IMG/VR virus record: IMGVR_UViG_3300012346_000266
Location: 1-35,993 of that record
Source of the DNA: a virus
Taxonomy: Duplodnaviria; Caudoviricetes
DNA length: 35,993 nucleotides
Strand: one strand, 5' to 3'
Each line of letters starts with the position of its first letter. The stretch's first letter is position 1. The translations under genes were made by a program, and so were the position numbers. Shown here in pieces: positions 1-9,103 of this stretch. Under the pieces are notes generated by a model. It saw nothing but the letters and a program-made list of their open reading frames with translations. It was not told the origin of the DNA and did no database searches.

Positions 1-237
1 CCCAAATAGTAAACCACGTTCGTTTACCCAACCTGAAATATACTGAACTATAACCTCTGGTCCCTAAACCAGTATTATAGTGTCTTGTTACATCCGGGCG
101 ACAACCCTTTGGCCTAGAAATCCACAGTAGTACCACACCATCAGCACATCTGTTTTTAATGATAGGGTTTACACCTACCTCGCATCGTGCTTTGTTTCTA
201 GGGATTTGAAACTCTGCAGAGGATCGGGACTAATTAC
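1..237 (-). ncRNA. Putative structured non-coding RNA downstream of the tRNA-like element (runs off window)
   Basis: Several nested inverted repeats: 9-14/22-27, 47-53/75-81 enclosing 57-61/68-72, and 113-120/195-202 enclosing 143-147/187-191 and 163-166/174-177; no ATG-initiated ORF of useful length. Confidence 0.4.
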
Positions 238-316
238 TGGTGCGAGTGGAGGGATTCGAACCCCCATTGACTCCATTACGGTACTACGCTTTAGAAGAGC
301 GTTCCGGTACACTCGC
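238..316 (-). tRNA. Atypical tRNA-Arg(UCU)-like RNA lacking a D-arm, with a 20-nt variable region
   Basis: Minus strand reads GCGAGTG TA CCGGA ACGCT-CTTCTAA-AGCGT AGTACCGTAATGGAGTCAAT GGGGG-TTCGAAT-CCCTC CACTCGC A CCA: perfect 7-bp acceptor stem, encoded CCA, T arm and TCT anticodon; only 7 nt separate the acceptor and anticodon stems. Confidence 0.75.
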
Positions 317-317
317 A

Positions 318-602
318 TTAATCATATTTTGATGCTGCATGTTCTATTGAATGACAATTTGCACACAGCATTATACATTTTTTCAATTCAAGTAAGATTT
401 TATCCCAACCTCTCAATCTTAGTTTATTCCAAGAAACATCTTTTGTTTGAGCATCAAGATGATGAAATTGTAATGCAGCAGGATGTGAATCAAACCCACA
501 CCTACAACATTTACCACCCATTACTTCGACTGCTTTTTTCTTAATTTCTCGCCAACGATTGATTTGATAACGATATAAATCTTCTTTGTTTTTATGTGCC
601 AT
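318..602 (-). CDS. HNH endonuclease (small, Zn-binding)
   Basis: CCRCG...LQFHH...KCIMLCANCH motif; start moved to MAHKNK (602) after an AGGAG SD. Confidence 0.85.
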   Translation of the reverse strand: MAHKNKEDLYRYQINRWREIKKKAVEVMGGKCCRCGFDSHPAALQFHHLDAQTKDVSWNKLRLRGWDKILLELKKCIMLCANCHSIEHAASKYD

Positions 603-622
603 AATTTCTCCTAAAAAGATAT

Positions 623-651
623 TATAACACATAAGTTTAGAATAATCAACT
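623..651 (-). promoter_or_regulatory. sigma70-type promoter for the HNH / tRNA-like unit
   Basis: TTGATT-N17-TATAAT on minus strand; a second TTGACT-N18-TATAAT lies at 671-700. Confidence 0.6.
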
Positions 652-671
652 CTACACTCGCTTAACCTCAA

Positions 672-848
672 TTATACATCAGTTTTCACTTTCAAGTCAA
701 CATTTCTTAAAATATTTTCTTTGATGTTCAACCTAGCCAATTCGTTCAAATCAGATTGTGGCATAGACATGCTAGATCGTAGCACACCGTTTGTATCAAA
801 CTGCTGCAACGTCTGGTATTGCTTATTATACTCGTATTTGTAGTTCAT
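672..848 (-). CDS. Hypothetical protein (58 aa, below track cutoff)
   Basis: ATGA overlap with the upstream gene; MNYKYEYNKQ...KTDV*. Confidence 0.5.
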   Translation of the reverse strand: MNYKYEYNKQYQTLQQFDTNGVLRSSMSMPQSDLNELARLNIKENILRNVDLKVKTDV

Positions 849-1042
849 GATCCACCTGCATCGTAATATTTCATCAAATAATTGTACACTGTTCTTGGTG
901 CTACCGTAAAGATGACTTCAGGAGTATCATCACAAAAAGCTTTGTTAGGTGATTTCCACCAGTTATCAACAAGGTTTTTACCGAGTAGTGCAGTTAGCAG
1001 AGCATCGCAGCGTTTGCGAAGTATCTCAGATTCAGTTGTCAT
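845..1042 (-). CDS. Small protein resembling the Xre/MbcA/ParS antitoxin C-terminal toxin-binding domain
   Basis: LLG....DNWWKSPNKAFCDDTP matches the W..xPN.A....TP signature; start MTTESE after GGAG. Confidence 0.55.
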   Translation of the reverse strand: MTTESEILRKRCDALLTALLGKNLVDNWWKSPNKAFCDDTPEVIFTVAPRTVYNYLMKYYDAGGS

Positions 1043-1262
1043 TTTTAACTCCAAAATTACGTTTAAGCTCAAGTGCTGCATGTTTGTAATAATTGTGCAC
1101 ACCTTGTGCTTTAGCATCCATCATTAATAGCTTAAAGCAGCATTCGTCAATAATTGATTCAGCGAAGTTCTCTAATTCATCAGCATAGAATTGGTACACG
1201 CCAAGGCTCAGTTTGTGAGTAGAACCAGCTTTTTCTGCAAGTTCTTCAATTCGTTCGTTCAT
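1032..1262 (-). CDS. Hypothetical phage protein, MNERIxELA family
   Basis: MNERIEELAEKAG...LENFAESII..C...NFGV; paralogous to 14732, 15251 and 17210. Confidence 0.75.
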   Translation of the reverse strand: MNERIEELAEKAGSTHKLSLGVYQFYADELENFAESIIDECCFKLLMMDAKAQGVHNYYKHAALELKRNFGVKNDN

Positions 1263-1264
1263 CT

Positions 1265-3451
1265 TCAAACCTTTCTGATAACTAGCTTCTCAGCTTCACT
1301 TACATAATAATCCAAGTCTACATCATAACCGAAGTCAGCGATGTTGTTGCAGGTTTTTACATTCCAAGATGTATCAATACCTAACCTACGATCAGTCTTA
1401 TCTTCGTTATCTTCCAATGCTGGCATCAACTTCACAAGCTTACCACCAGTTTTACAAGGATAGTACCTGCAGATGTTCTGCTGTTGCTCTACACGACCAT
1501 CTTCAAATTCTAGCACAAGTTTAGAACTGCGAGGGACTTTTGTACGCAGCATGAAATCAAAGATATGACCTTGATCAAGTCTTTCCTGAATGAACTCTCG
1601 TACATCCTTACCATGCAACATAGCAGCTTCAGCAGCCATTGGAATCACTAGACCACCTTGGTTTTGATGCCAACCTAAATCTTCGTACTGATAAGCACCT
1701 TTGCGCTTAACCTTACCATTTGTGTACAACGCAATGTAGTTGTTTACATCACGAATATACATGCTCTGGTAATCCACGAATTCCAACTCAAGCTTTACAT
1801 CTTTTTGCCATTGAGCACAGATTGCATTGTACTGCTCTTCAGTATCTCGTGTCATAGCTACAGTTAAACCGTCTGTATTTAGCTGTACTAGTTTAAGTTT
1901 TGGAATCTGCAACAAACGATCAGCAAGCATAAGCAAAGACAACTGACCATTGATGGTAATCGACATTGTAAACTTAGGATCATAGAACACAGAGTATTTA
2001 TCATTGCTCTTACCATATGTACCATTCAAAGCAAGTTTGAGCATTGCATTTTCAGGAGTATTCTTTGCATATGATTTACGCTGTTCATACATGTCTTGAT
2101 AGATCACACAGAATTGCTCACCAAGATGCTCAGGATAAATCTTATTTGAAATAGCAATGTTAGGATACATTGAACTTACATCAGCATCACGAAGCATGTA
2201 GGTTTTACCTGCACTTGCGATCTTTTCAGATAGGGATGCATGTACACCACCTACTCCAAAGTCAATCCTGTAGCCATCTACAAGGACGTTTAGAGTCTCG
2301 GCAATACGGTAGCAACCCCAATAGGATTTCTTGGGTACTCTGACCTTCTTACGCTTCTTTGTGAGGTCTGGACAACCATCAGCATCTAGCGGATATTCCA
2401 TAACATGCTCACCGTTGGTATCAAATAAATATTCAGTAGCCTTAAGCTCTTCTACTTCAATCCAACCCAAAGGATGTTCATTCTTAAATTCATCAGTATC
2501 TCGTTCAGTTGGAGTACCTTTAAACTTCTTACGCTTTACTGTAAGGTTTGAATATTCAGCCACTGCACCAAGATTATGCTCTTCAATGTCTGAAAATACA
2601 CCCTTTGTCTCAGTGATTACCTGCTTAGAAAACCAATCATAAACTGCCTGAAATTCTGGACGATCAAACTTGTAATATTTAAACAAGCAGTCTTTAATAG
2701 CGATTTTGTCTCGCTTAGTTTGCATCATGACTTTCTTACCGTCTTTAAACTTGTGCAGCTTTACACCTGATTCTTCAAGCTTCATCTGAAAGTATTCTGC
2801 ACCAATCTTAGTGTCATCAGCATTGGTAAAGTCACGACCAAGTTTGATACTCAGATTATCCCTGAATTCAATCTGAGTAAGAGACTTTAGATAAAACGCA
2901 AGAGTACAACGCACATCATGCATGTTGTATGTTTTAAGTTTGTCGATTTCATCGTCAGCAAGTTCTGCATCTACAGCATAAGGCAAGTCTTCAATGTTAT
3001 CCATACGCATATTGAATTCCAGCATCTTTAGACCAGTAGCTTTAGCTTTGTTATTGAAATGATGAATGCGGTATAGGTCAACTTGTTTTACAACTTGCTC
3101 TTCAGTTTTGATGCTGTGACCAAAACCATTATCCTTAAATGAATCAATCTGCTTTTGTGCAAGCTTGTGTACATCAATAGCAACTTGCTTACCTGATTTA
3201 GACGACCAGCGACTGCGTGTTGTTAGCACTTCATGTAAGATCGGATAGTCGAAGCCTACGTTGTTAAAACCCACCAAACGACCCGCAGAGGCTTCAATGA
3301 AATCAACGCAAGCATAGATGCGCTCTAGTTCATTTAAGCGGCTGGAAACCTCAAATACTCGTGCGTGTTTACCATCTGCACGAATAACAGCAAACGTAAA
3401 AGCAGACTTGTATGTCTCAAGGTCATAAATCCAGTCTTTTGTCAAATCCAT
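1265..3451 (-). CDS. Family B DNA polymerase with N-terminal 3'-5' exonuclease
   Basis: ExoI YDLET, ExoII GFNNVGFD, ExoIII YNMHD; polymerase motifs DVSSMYP, KLALNGTYGK, NTDG. Confidence 0.93.
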   Translation of the reverse strand: MDLTKDWIYDLETYKSAFTFAVIRADGKHARVFEVSSRLNELERIYACVDFIEASAGRLVGFNNVGFDYPILHEVLTTRSRWSSKSGKQVAIDVHKLAQKQIDSFKDNGFGHSIKTEEQVVKQVDLYRIHHFNNKAKATGLKMLEFNMRMDNIEDLPYAVDAELADDEIDKLKTYNMHDVRCTLAFYLKSLTQIEFRDNLSIKLGRDFTNADDTKIGAEYFQMKLEESGVKLHKFKDGKKVMMQTKRDKIAIKDCLFKYYKFDRPEFQAVYDWFSKQVITETKGVFSDIEEHNLGAVAEYSNLTVKRKKFKGTPTERDTDEFKNEHPLGWIEVEELKATEYLFDTNGEHVMEYPLDADGCPDLTKKRKKVRVPKKSYWGCYRIAETLNVLVDGYRIDFGVGGVHASLSEKIASAGKTYMLRDADVSSMYPNIAISNKIYPEHLGEQFCVIYQDMYEQRKSYAKNTPENAMLKLALNGTYGKSNDKYSVFYDPKFTMSITINGQLSLLMLADRLLQIPKLKLVQLNTDGLTVAMTRDTEEQYNAICAQWQKDVKLELEFVDYQSMYIRDVNNYIALYTNGKVKRKGAYQYEDLGWHQNQGGLVIPMAAEAAMLHGKDVREFIQERLDQGHIFDFMLRTKVPRSSKLVLEFEDGRVEQQQNICRYYPCKTGGKLVKLMPALEDNEDKTDRRLGIDTSWNVKTCNNIADFGYDVDLDYYVSEAEKLVIRKV

Positions 3452-3473
3452 TTATAGTTCTCCAATAAAGAAA

Positions 3474-3508
3474 ACCTAGAGTCTATCACAACTCTAGGTC
3501 TACGTCAA
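3474..3508 (-). promoter_or_regulatory. Promoter for the polymerase, overlapping a hairpin/terminator
   Basis: TTGACG-N17-TAGACT on minus strand, with the -10 inside the inverted repeat ACCTAGAGT(3474-82)/ACTCTAGGT(3491-99) followed by a T tract. Confidence 0.55.
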
Positions 3509-3516
3509 GCTTTAAT

Positions 3517-4044
3517 TTAAAAGATATTACTGTTACCTTTTCGTTTATTTTCAGATTCGGTTAGTATGCAAAGATTCCACGGCACATGCAAACCGCATAC
3601 ATTTTTACCTTGTAATGGTATGATATGATCAACTTGATACTCAATACCAGTGTACAACTTAAACATTGCAGCAGCCGTGTAAAAATCTTTCATTTCATCA
3701 AACTGATCTTTTGTTAACCATTTTGGCGTAGCGTTTAATTTTATCGCTCTTCTTTTTGACCAATAAGATAATGCTGTATCTTTATTTTTTGAATAATGAT
3801 CTTTTCTGTACTTGTATCTAGATACTTTATTTTTCATATTGTAAGCTTTTTGTCTTTCCAATATTTCATCACGTTTCTCAAGATACCTTTCTCTTTGTCT
3901 TTTTAATTTATTATCTTTGTTTAAGTTATACCTAATCTTTTGACAATCAGAACAAGTATAACAATACCCATCTTTAGAATGTTTATCCTTGTTAAATGAA
4001 GAGTTATCTTTTTCTACTTTACATTGTTTACATAATTTCATCAT
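3517..4044 (-). CDS. Free-standing HNH homing endonuclease
   Basis: N-terminal CxxC...CxxC; C-terminal VDHIIPLQGKNVCGLHVPWNL...EN..K.N. Confidence 0.9.
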   Translation of the reverse strand: MMKLCKQCKVEKDNSSFNKDKHSKDGYCYTCSDCQKIRYNLNKDNKLKRQRERYLEKRDEILERQKAYNMKNKVSRYKYRKDHYSKNKDTALSYWSKRRAIKLNATPKWLTKDQFDEMKDFYTAAAMFKLYTGIEYQVDHIIPLQGKNVCGLHVPWNLCILTESENKRKGNSNIF

Positions 4045-4080
4045 AGGTTAAACCCGGAGAGGTTATCTCCGGGTAATTAC

Positions 4081-5811
4081 TCAATTGTTATTGTTTAACC
4101 ATTCATCCAAATTGTGTAAAGTGTGTGTATCATTATCGTAATAAACTTGACCCGCTGGACCAGTAATACCACAAATTCGATTTTTACTCAAGACAATCTT
4201 TGTAGTGTTTCTTTCAACAATATCTTCAGCATATTTATTTCGACTTAACAAAATATTAGCTGATGCTGATTTAATAATTGTTGAAGAACCCATGATCTCT
4301 TCTTCTGTAAAACCACCACCCTGAGAAGATGTAGCTGTTCCAGAAGCTGACTTACGAACGTGATTGATAAAGATCAACGTTACGTTGTGACTCTTAATGA
4401 TACCTTTAGACCACTTCATAAACAATGCTTGGTCTTCGTTAGATAAACCATCCAGAATATCCTGTAAGGGGTCAAGCACAATGATTCGACAACCACATGA
4501 TACTACAAGCTCTTCTACTGTGTCTTGAATCTCTTCGATTGTACCATCACGGTTATCAAGTAGATAGAAACGATGTTGACCATCTTCGTTATAGAAAAGC
4601 TCATTTGCTTTATCACGCACTTTATCTGATTCTAGCAAGTCTTTCTTAACTTCATCATCTTGAATCAATGAAAGTTTGCGACTAAGGTGTCTTCCCAACA
4701 ATGTTTCACCGTATTGACCTGAATCTAACTCCATTGAAACAATACCGATTTTATGCGGTGAGTTGAAAATCCAGTGATAGATCATCTCATTAACAAAAGA
4801 TGTTTTACCAAGTCCTGTACCTGCTGCAATATTGATGATGTGACCCAGTGGCAAACCACCTACAAGCATTTCATTCAAAGTATTCATGAATGGTGGAAAC
4901 GGCACTTTGGGTACGGTAGCTTGTTCTAAGATTTTACTATACAAATCACCACTACCTAATACCCCAACAGGAGTATAGCGTTTAGCTTCATAAAAACTGC
5001 GAATAAACTCATCTTGTTTACCTTCTTCAAGATAAGTATTTGGATCTTTGTATCGCATATGCATGATCTTTACTTTACCTTTTGGCAAAGCCTTGACTAC
5101 ATCTTCAGTTGCTTCCTTACCAGCTTTATCATTGTCATAACAAACGATGATGTTATCAAAGCTATCAAAGAAACGATACTGTGCAGCAATTTGTTTATGT
5201 GAATTAGCGCCTGTAGTTGGACTAACTACTGCCATCTCATAATCGCCACCACGAGTTTTATTGTACTCAGCAAACATCTGATATGCAGATAGTGCGTCAA
5301 GCTCACCTTCAGTGATTAGAATGTACTTACCACCACGGTTAAACTTAAACTGCATAAACAGTTCGCAGTCAGCACCAGTACGACCTTTAGAATAAAAGTT
5401 CTTTGGTACTTCACGGATTTTATATCCTACGATTTGACCATCTTGTGTAGCTGGATAATACTGCTCTTCAACTTCACCTTCGTCATCATAAGCATACCGT
5501 ACACCAAAAGGTTTTGTAGTTTCATCCTTTAGTCCACGAAAACCTTTACCAGCTACACCAGTTACGGATTTAATCTCTGCATTTTCATCCGGTGTCATTG
5601 CAGGTTTACCACTTGGTTTAACTTCCATATTCTTATCTTCCTTTACTGATGTTCTCACTTTGGTTGTCTTCTTGGGGTTTAACTCCTTGAATTCACTTGA
5701 TGGTACGGTATGTTCACAAACAAAGCAATGCGAAGAACCACCTTCATACACTGCCTTACCATCTGAACTACCGCACTCTTCGCAATTGGTATGCTTGATG
5801 AATGCTGCCAT
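4081..5811 (-). CDS. DNA primase-helicase (T7 gp4-like)
   Basis: Zn finger CEECGSSD...CFVC; TOPRIM ITEGELDA and YDND; Walker A AAGTGLGKT; IVLD; INHVRK; KNR. Confidence 0.95.
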   Translation of the reverse strand: MAAFIKHTNCEECGSSDGKAVYEGGSSHCFVCEHTVPSSEFKELNPKKTTKVRTSVKEDKNMEVKPSGKPAMTPDENAEIKSVTGVAGKGFRGLKDETTKPFGVRYAYDDEGEVEEQYYPATQDGQIVGYKIREVPKNFYSKGRTGADCELFMQFKFNRGGKYILITEGELDALSAYQMFAEYNKTRGGDYEMAVVSPTTGANSHKQIAAQYRFFDSFDNIIVCYDNDKAGKEATEDVVKALPKGKVKIMHMRYKDPNTYLEEGKQDEFIRSFYEAKRYTPVGVLGSGDLYSKILEQATVPKVPFPPFMNTLNEMLVGGLPLGHIINIAAGTGLGKTSFVNEMIYHWIFNSPHKIGIVSMELDSGQYGETLLGRHLSRKLSLIQDDEVKKDLLESDKVRDKANELFYNEDGQHRFYLLDNRDGTIEEIQDTVEELVVSCGCRIIVLDPLQDILDGLSNEDQALFMKWSKGIIKSHNVTLIFINHVRKSASGTATSSQGGGFTEEEIMGSSTIIKSASANILLSRNKYAEDIVERNTTKIVLSKNRICGITGPAGQVYYDNDTHTLHNLDEWLNNNN

Positions 5812-5819
5812 TTTACTCC

Positions 5820-6839
5820 TTATTCATTTTTCAGTAACCAAGAATTTGAGATTGACTTAAAACTGCGATCATGCACAGTGTTGCTCTTGAATACAACACC
5901 TTCACGATTGCTGCCATTTAGTAAAGATTTACCTTCAGCGAACTCTAAGATAGATTGAATTGTTTGTTCTTTAATATCAGTAGATTCTGCAAGAATAGGT
6001 ACATGCTTTAACCCAAGACGTTCACACGCTGCTTTAAGCTGCACTGGCAAAATATATTGCCCTGTATGCGTATTGTACATGTCGTAAACGTAGAAGTCAA
6101 GCCGTGTTTTGTACTGGTTACCTTGGATGCCTTCACCAATCATTTCACCTTGAATTGCCATACCTTTCATAAAGTTCCTACGCATAATATCTTCGATTTG
6201 AAACTTACGTGCTACTTTCCAGAATGAATTTGCTTCGTCTTCTTTCAGATCAAGATTGCGTGAACATACGTGAAATACATCCTCATCATCTAGATAGAAA
6301 GTGCAAGATGAACCATCAAGTTTTTCAGTAATTGACCAAGTATCAAGTTGGTACTGCTCAAAAGATCGTGTAAGGTTTTGAATACGCTCTTGATCAGTCT
6401 TTGGTACTGCAGCAGGGAAATTACCTCGTGCCATACCAGCGAGTTGAGCATTGATTGGGCGTTCCCATTTGAGGATACCAAGATGTTCTGTGAGGTCTAA
6501 TCCTTCAGCAACAAGATGACCGGCACCTTTAATGGTATCTTCTGGAATAGGCAACAACAAGCCTTGCGATAGTTGACCACGTAGTTTTACAGTACGTAGG
6601 CGTTCACCTTTTACACCTTCAAATTCACGAGGCTCTTTACCTTTAGATAGGAATGGTGCTAGTTCTGTTGGAATCCACGCATCAATTTCAAGGTATACAG
6701 CAAGTGAATCAACTGCAAATTCACCCTTCTTTACTACGACTTTCCAACCATCGACTACAGCGACTTCAATAGCGTCTGCACCTTCGATGGGTTCAATTGC
6801 TGCGATTTTACGAATAGTTGCGAGTTTTCTTTCTGTCAT
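5820..6839 (-). CDS. RNA ligase, DRB0094/Rnl5 family
   Basis: N-terminal RKLATIRKI..IEPIEGADAIE OB module; PKTDQERIQN; TEKLDGSS; REGVVFK; FKSISNSWL; start coupled to the HNH stop (ATGA). Confidence 0.9.
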   Translation of the reverse strand: MTERKLATIRKIAAIEPIEGADAIEVAVVDGWKVVVKKGEFAVDSLAVYLEIDAWIPTELAPFLSKGKEPREFEGVKGERLRTVKLRGQLSQGLLLPIPEDTIKGAGHLVAEGLDLTEHLGILKWERPINAQLAGMARGNFPAAVPKTDQERIQNLTRSFEQYQLDTWSITEKLDGSSCTFYLDDEDVFHVCSRNLDLKEDEANSFWKVARKFQIEDIMRRNFMKGMAIQGEMIGEGIQGNQYKTRLDFYVYDMYNTHTGQYILPVQLKAACERLGLKHVPILAESTDIKEQTIQSILEFAEGKSLLNGSNREGVVFKSNTVHDRSFKSISNSWLLKNE

Positions 6840-7399
6840 TTTCCGTGCCTTTCTGTATAACCTGCTCCAAGAGCATTGAGTAATTCTAACTGTTCTTTTC
6901 TCCAATTACAAGCACCTTCAAAAGCAATTTCTTTGTGCAAAGTAAAAGGAAACTTTTTACGAATCAATTTTCCATTTAAACCTGAAACAAAAGCTTCGTA
7001 ATAGAGATAAGTTCCATTGTTTGAAGATGTTAAGGAAACACCTACAACACCTGTTTTATTTCTAGGTGACAATTTAACATTTCTAGCGTTACTTACAAAA
7101 TCAACCTCACGAAGATTATCTATTCTATTATTAAATGGATTCCCGTCAATGTGGTCGATAATTTTTATAACTTGATTTCCTGTACACAATTCCCAAACCA
7201 GATCGTGATTATAATATACTTTGTTATTAAAAGAAGTTCTAATGCACTTTGGATCACCATTTTTCCTAAAAGTAAATGAACCAACATCTTCTCCTTTTAA
7301 ATTTACAATCCTACCATTCCAAAGAGTTCGATTTTTACTAGCAATCAAACCTGTTTTTGAATTTTCATCGTATTGTATATAATCAAATATCTCTTGCAT
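6836..7399 (-). CDS. HNH-AP2 homing endonuclease
   Basis: IDHIDGNPFNNRIDNLR followed by an AP2-like NKTGVVGV...A..WR domain. Confidence 0.88.
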   Translation of the reverse strand: MQEIFDYIQYDENSKTGLIASKNRTLWNGRIVNLKGEDVGSFTFRKNGDPKCIRTSFNNKVYYNHDLVWELCTGNQVIKIIDHIDGNPFNNRIDNLREVDFVSNARNVKLSPRNKTGVVGVSLTSSNNGTYLYYEAFVSGLNGKLIRKKFPFTLHKEIAFEGACNWRKEQLELLNALGAGYTERHGK

Positions 7400-8282
7400 C
7401 TCTAATTCCTAAAAAGATCGGGAATCTAGGTACGGAGTATCCTGTTCCAACATCAAAATACTTAACTTTTGCAAGTTGACCTGATAATGTTTCTCTATGT
7501 TCCCACAAGTCTTCTCGGATAGCATCAGTCATACCACTACCACAACTGAATGTATCGCCTTTAGAGGTGCGTAGAATCAACGATCCCATTGTGTCTAGGG
7601 CTACCATACCATCTTTAGCTGTAGATCGTGCTGTGCGTCCTAATTCATTGACTGTAGCTTCATTAGTGTTGGTGTACTTAGGCTCCCAACCGATGATTTC
7701 AAATTCATTGTCTACAAAGCGTTTGACCTTCTGTAGTTCTGGTGTCTTAGTTCCAGATCGACCGCACTTATACTTAGCATCTGAATCACGAAGCATAATA
7801 CCTTCAGCACCCTGCGCCAGCATCTTAGCTTCAAATTCATCAATATTAAACATTTCTTCTACTGGAAAATGCTCTAGTAGTTTGACACGCTTAGGTAAAG
7901 AACTATGGTTTACCAAACGTGCATAACGCTCAAGCCAAGTAGCGGTAGGATGAAAGCGATCAAATACCCAAAAGGTAAACTCTGGTTCACCCTCAATACG
8001 CATAACTCCAGAAGTACTTTGGTTAAATACATCGGGTGCATTCTTATCACCAACAATCAGTTCACCATCCATACCATCCATAACTTCAGCGTGGTGTTGT
8101 ACATAAGCTTGAATACTTAGGTTTGGAATACGCTTAAGACTACGAGAGTAAGCTACACCACCAAATACAATACAGCGAATACCGTCAAGTTTCTCTGACA
8201 TGTACATGTTTGCTGGTTGTGTTTTAACCTTTGTTTGCTCGATTGCAAGTTGTGGCTTAAAGCCTTCTGGAATTGTCATCAT
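7383..8282 (-). CDS. ATP-dependent DNA ligase
   Basis: Motif I SEKLDGIR, DGEL, FWVFD, EGIMLR, KVK; C-terminal OB domain CGSG...PRFPIF. Confidence 0.93.
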   Translation of the reverse strand: MMTIPEGFKPQLAIEQTKVKTQPANMYMSEKLDGIRCIVFGGVAYSRSLKRIPNLSIQAYVQHHAEVMDGMDGELIVGDKNAPDVFNQSTSGVMRIEGEPEFTFWVFDRFHPTATWLERYARLVNHSSLPKRVKLLEHFPVEEMFNIDEFEAKMLAQGAEGIMLRDSDAKYKCGRSGTKTPELQKVKRFVDNEFEIIGWEPKYTNTNEATVNELGRTARSTAKDGMVALDTMGSLILRTSKGDTFSCGSGMTDAIREDLWEHRETLSGQLAKVKYFDVGTGYSVPRFPIFLGIRDARDI

Positions 8283-8385
8283 CGTTCTCCTACTTTAAAA
8301 ATGCGATATCGTTTGTTACCAAGCTTCAAGTATACACCAGCATAGTAAAACATCTTAGGTGATTGCCAAATAATTTTTGGGAAGT

Positions 8386-8607
8386 TCATACTTCGATCTC
8401 CTTGTGTACTTTTGCATGTGGTTTGTTCTTATGTGCAGTTTGTCTTTTTATAAAGCGTTCAAGCATGATCTCTGTAGTTTTAAGTGATGATAAACCAGTG
8501 TAGATGTTCTTCCACCAAAACCAAACTTTCTGTTGTGCAGAAAATGTTATTTCGTATTCACCACTCCAGTTATCAAAAGAAGGTACTTCAATGATACGAA
8601 ATTTCAT
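8386..8607 (-). CDS. Hypothetical protein
   Basis: ORF track; GGAG SD; ATGA overlap. Confidence 0.65.
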   Translation of the reverse strand: MKFRIIEVPSFDNWSGEYEITFSAQQKVWFWWKNIYTGLSSLKTTEIMLERFIKRQTAHKNKPHAKVHKEIEV

Positions 8608-8969
8608 TTAGATTTCTCCTTGACTTTACTTTTGATAATGTCAAGTTCTTCTGCAAGTTTATACTCAATAAGTTCCAATGTCAGCTTACCAATGGTGCTT
8701 TCCATTACTTTCTCACCAGTGTATGCACCAGCCATCATCCACATTGTGCGTTCGCTTGGTAGTAACGTACCGATTGTACCACAAGCTAGAATTACAGCAA
8801 GAGGCCATTTGTAGAATTTGACTCTATGATTCCACTCTTCTGCATTAGTAAGTAAATAAACCACTGTATAAACAACATATAAACAAATAGTTGCAGCAAA
8901 GATAAAACTTAGAAATTTTGCAATACCGGTAATAACACCAGCCAAATAAATTAAGAATACTAAGCTCAT
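8604..8969 (-). CDS. Hypothetical membrane protein
   Basis: Two to three hydrophobic segments; LPS..T motif common in phage membrane proteins. Confidence 0.7.
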   Translation of the reverse strand: MSLVFLIYLAGVITGIAKFLSFIFAATICLYVVYTVVYLLTNAEEWNHRVKFYKWPLAVILACGTIGTLLPSERTMWMMAGAYTGEKVMESTIGKLTLELIEYKLAEELDIIKSKVKEKSK

Positions 8970-9103
8970 CGTTGCACCACCTGTAAAATCATATTAATAC
9001 CTTGCATAACCATCTGCTGCTCCATTGGGTTCAACTGATGCCATGTGCGTTTGTCACCGAACTTTTCAGCAACTTTAGCCCAAAATAATTCTACATCAGA
9101 CAT
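8966..9103 (-). CDS. Hypothetical protein (45 aa)
   Basis: MSDVELFWAKVAEKFGDKRTW...; overlaps both neighbours. Confidence 0.5.
   Translation of the reverse strand: MSDVELFWAKVAEKFGDKRTWHQLNPMEQQMVMQGINMILQVVQR

Noticed and set aside
238-316. tmRNA or permuted tmRNA (also lacks a D stem)
   Set aside because: Has a complete anticodon arm, no G3:U70 alanine identity pair, and both acceptor strands lie within 79 nt
206-544. Plus-strand 112-aa ORF
   Set aside because: Antisense to the HNH gene and tRNA-like RNA; no RBS or motif
2280-2570. Intein or intron in the DNA polymerase
   Set aside because: Frame is continuous; no C/S...HN splice motifs or endonuclease domain
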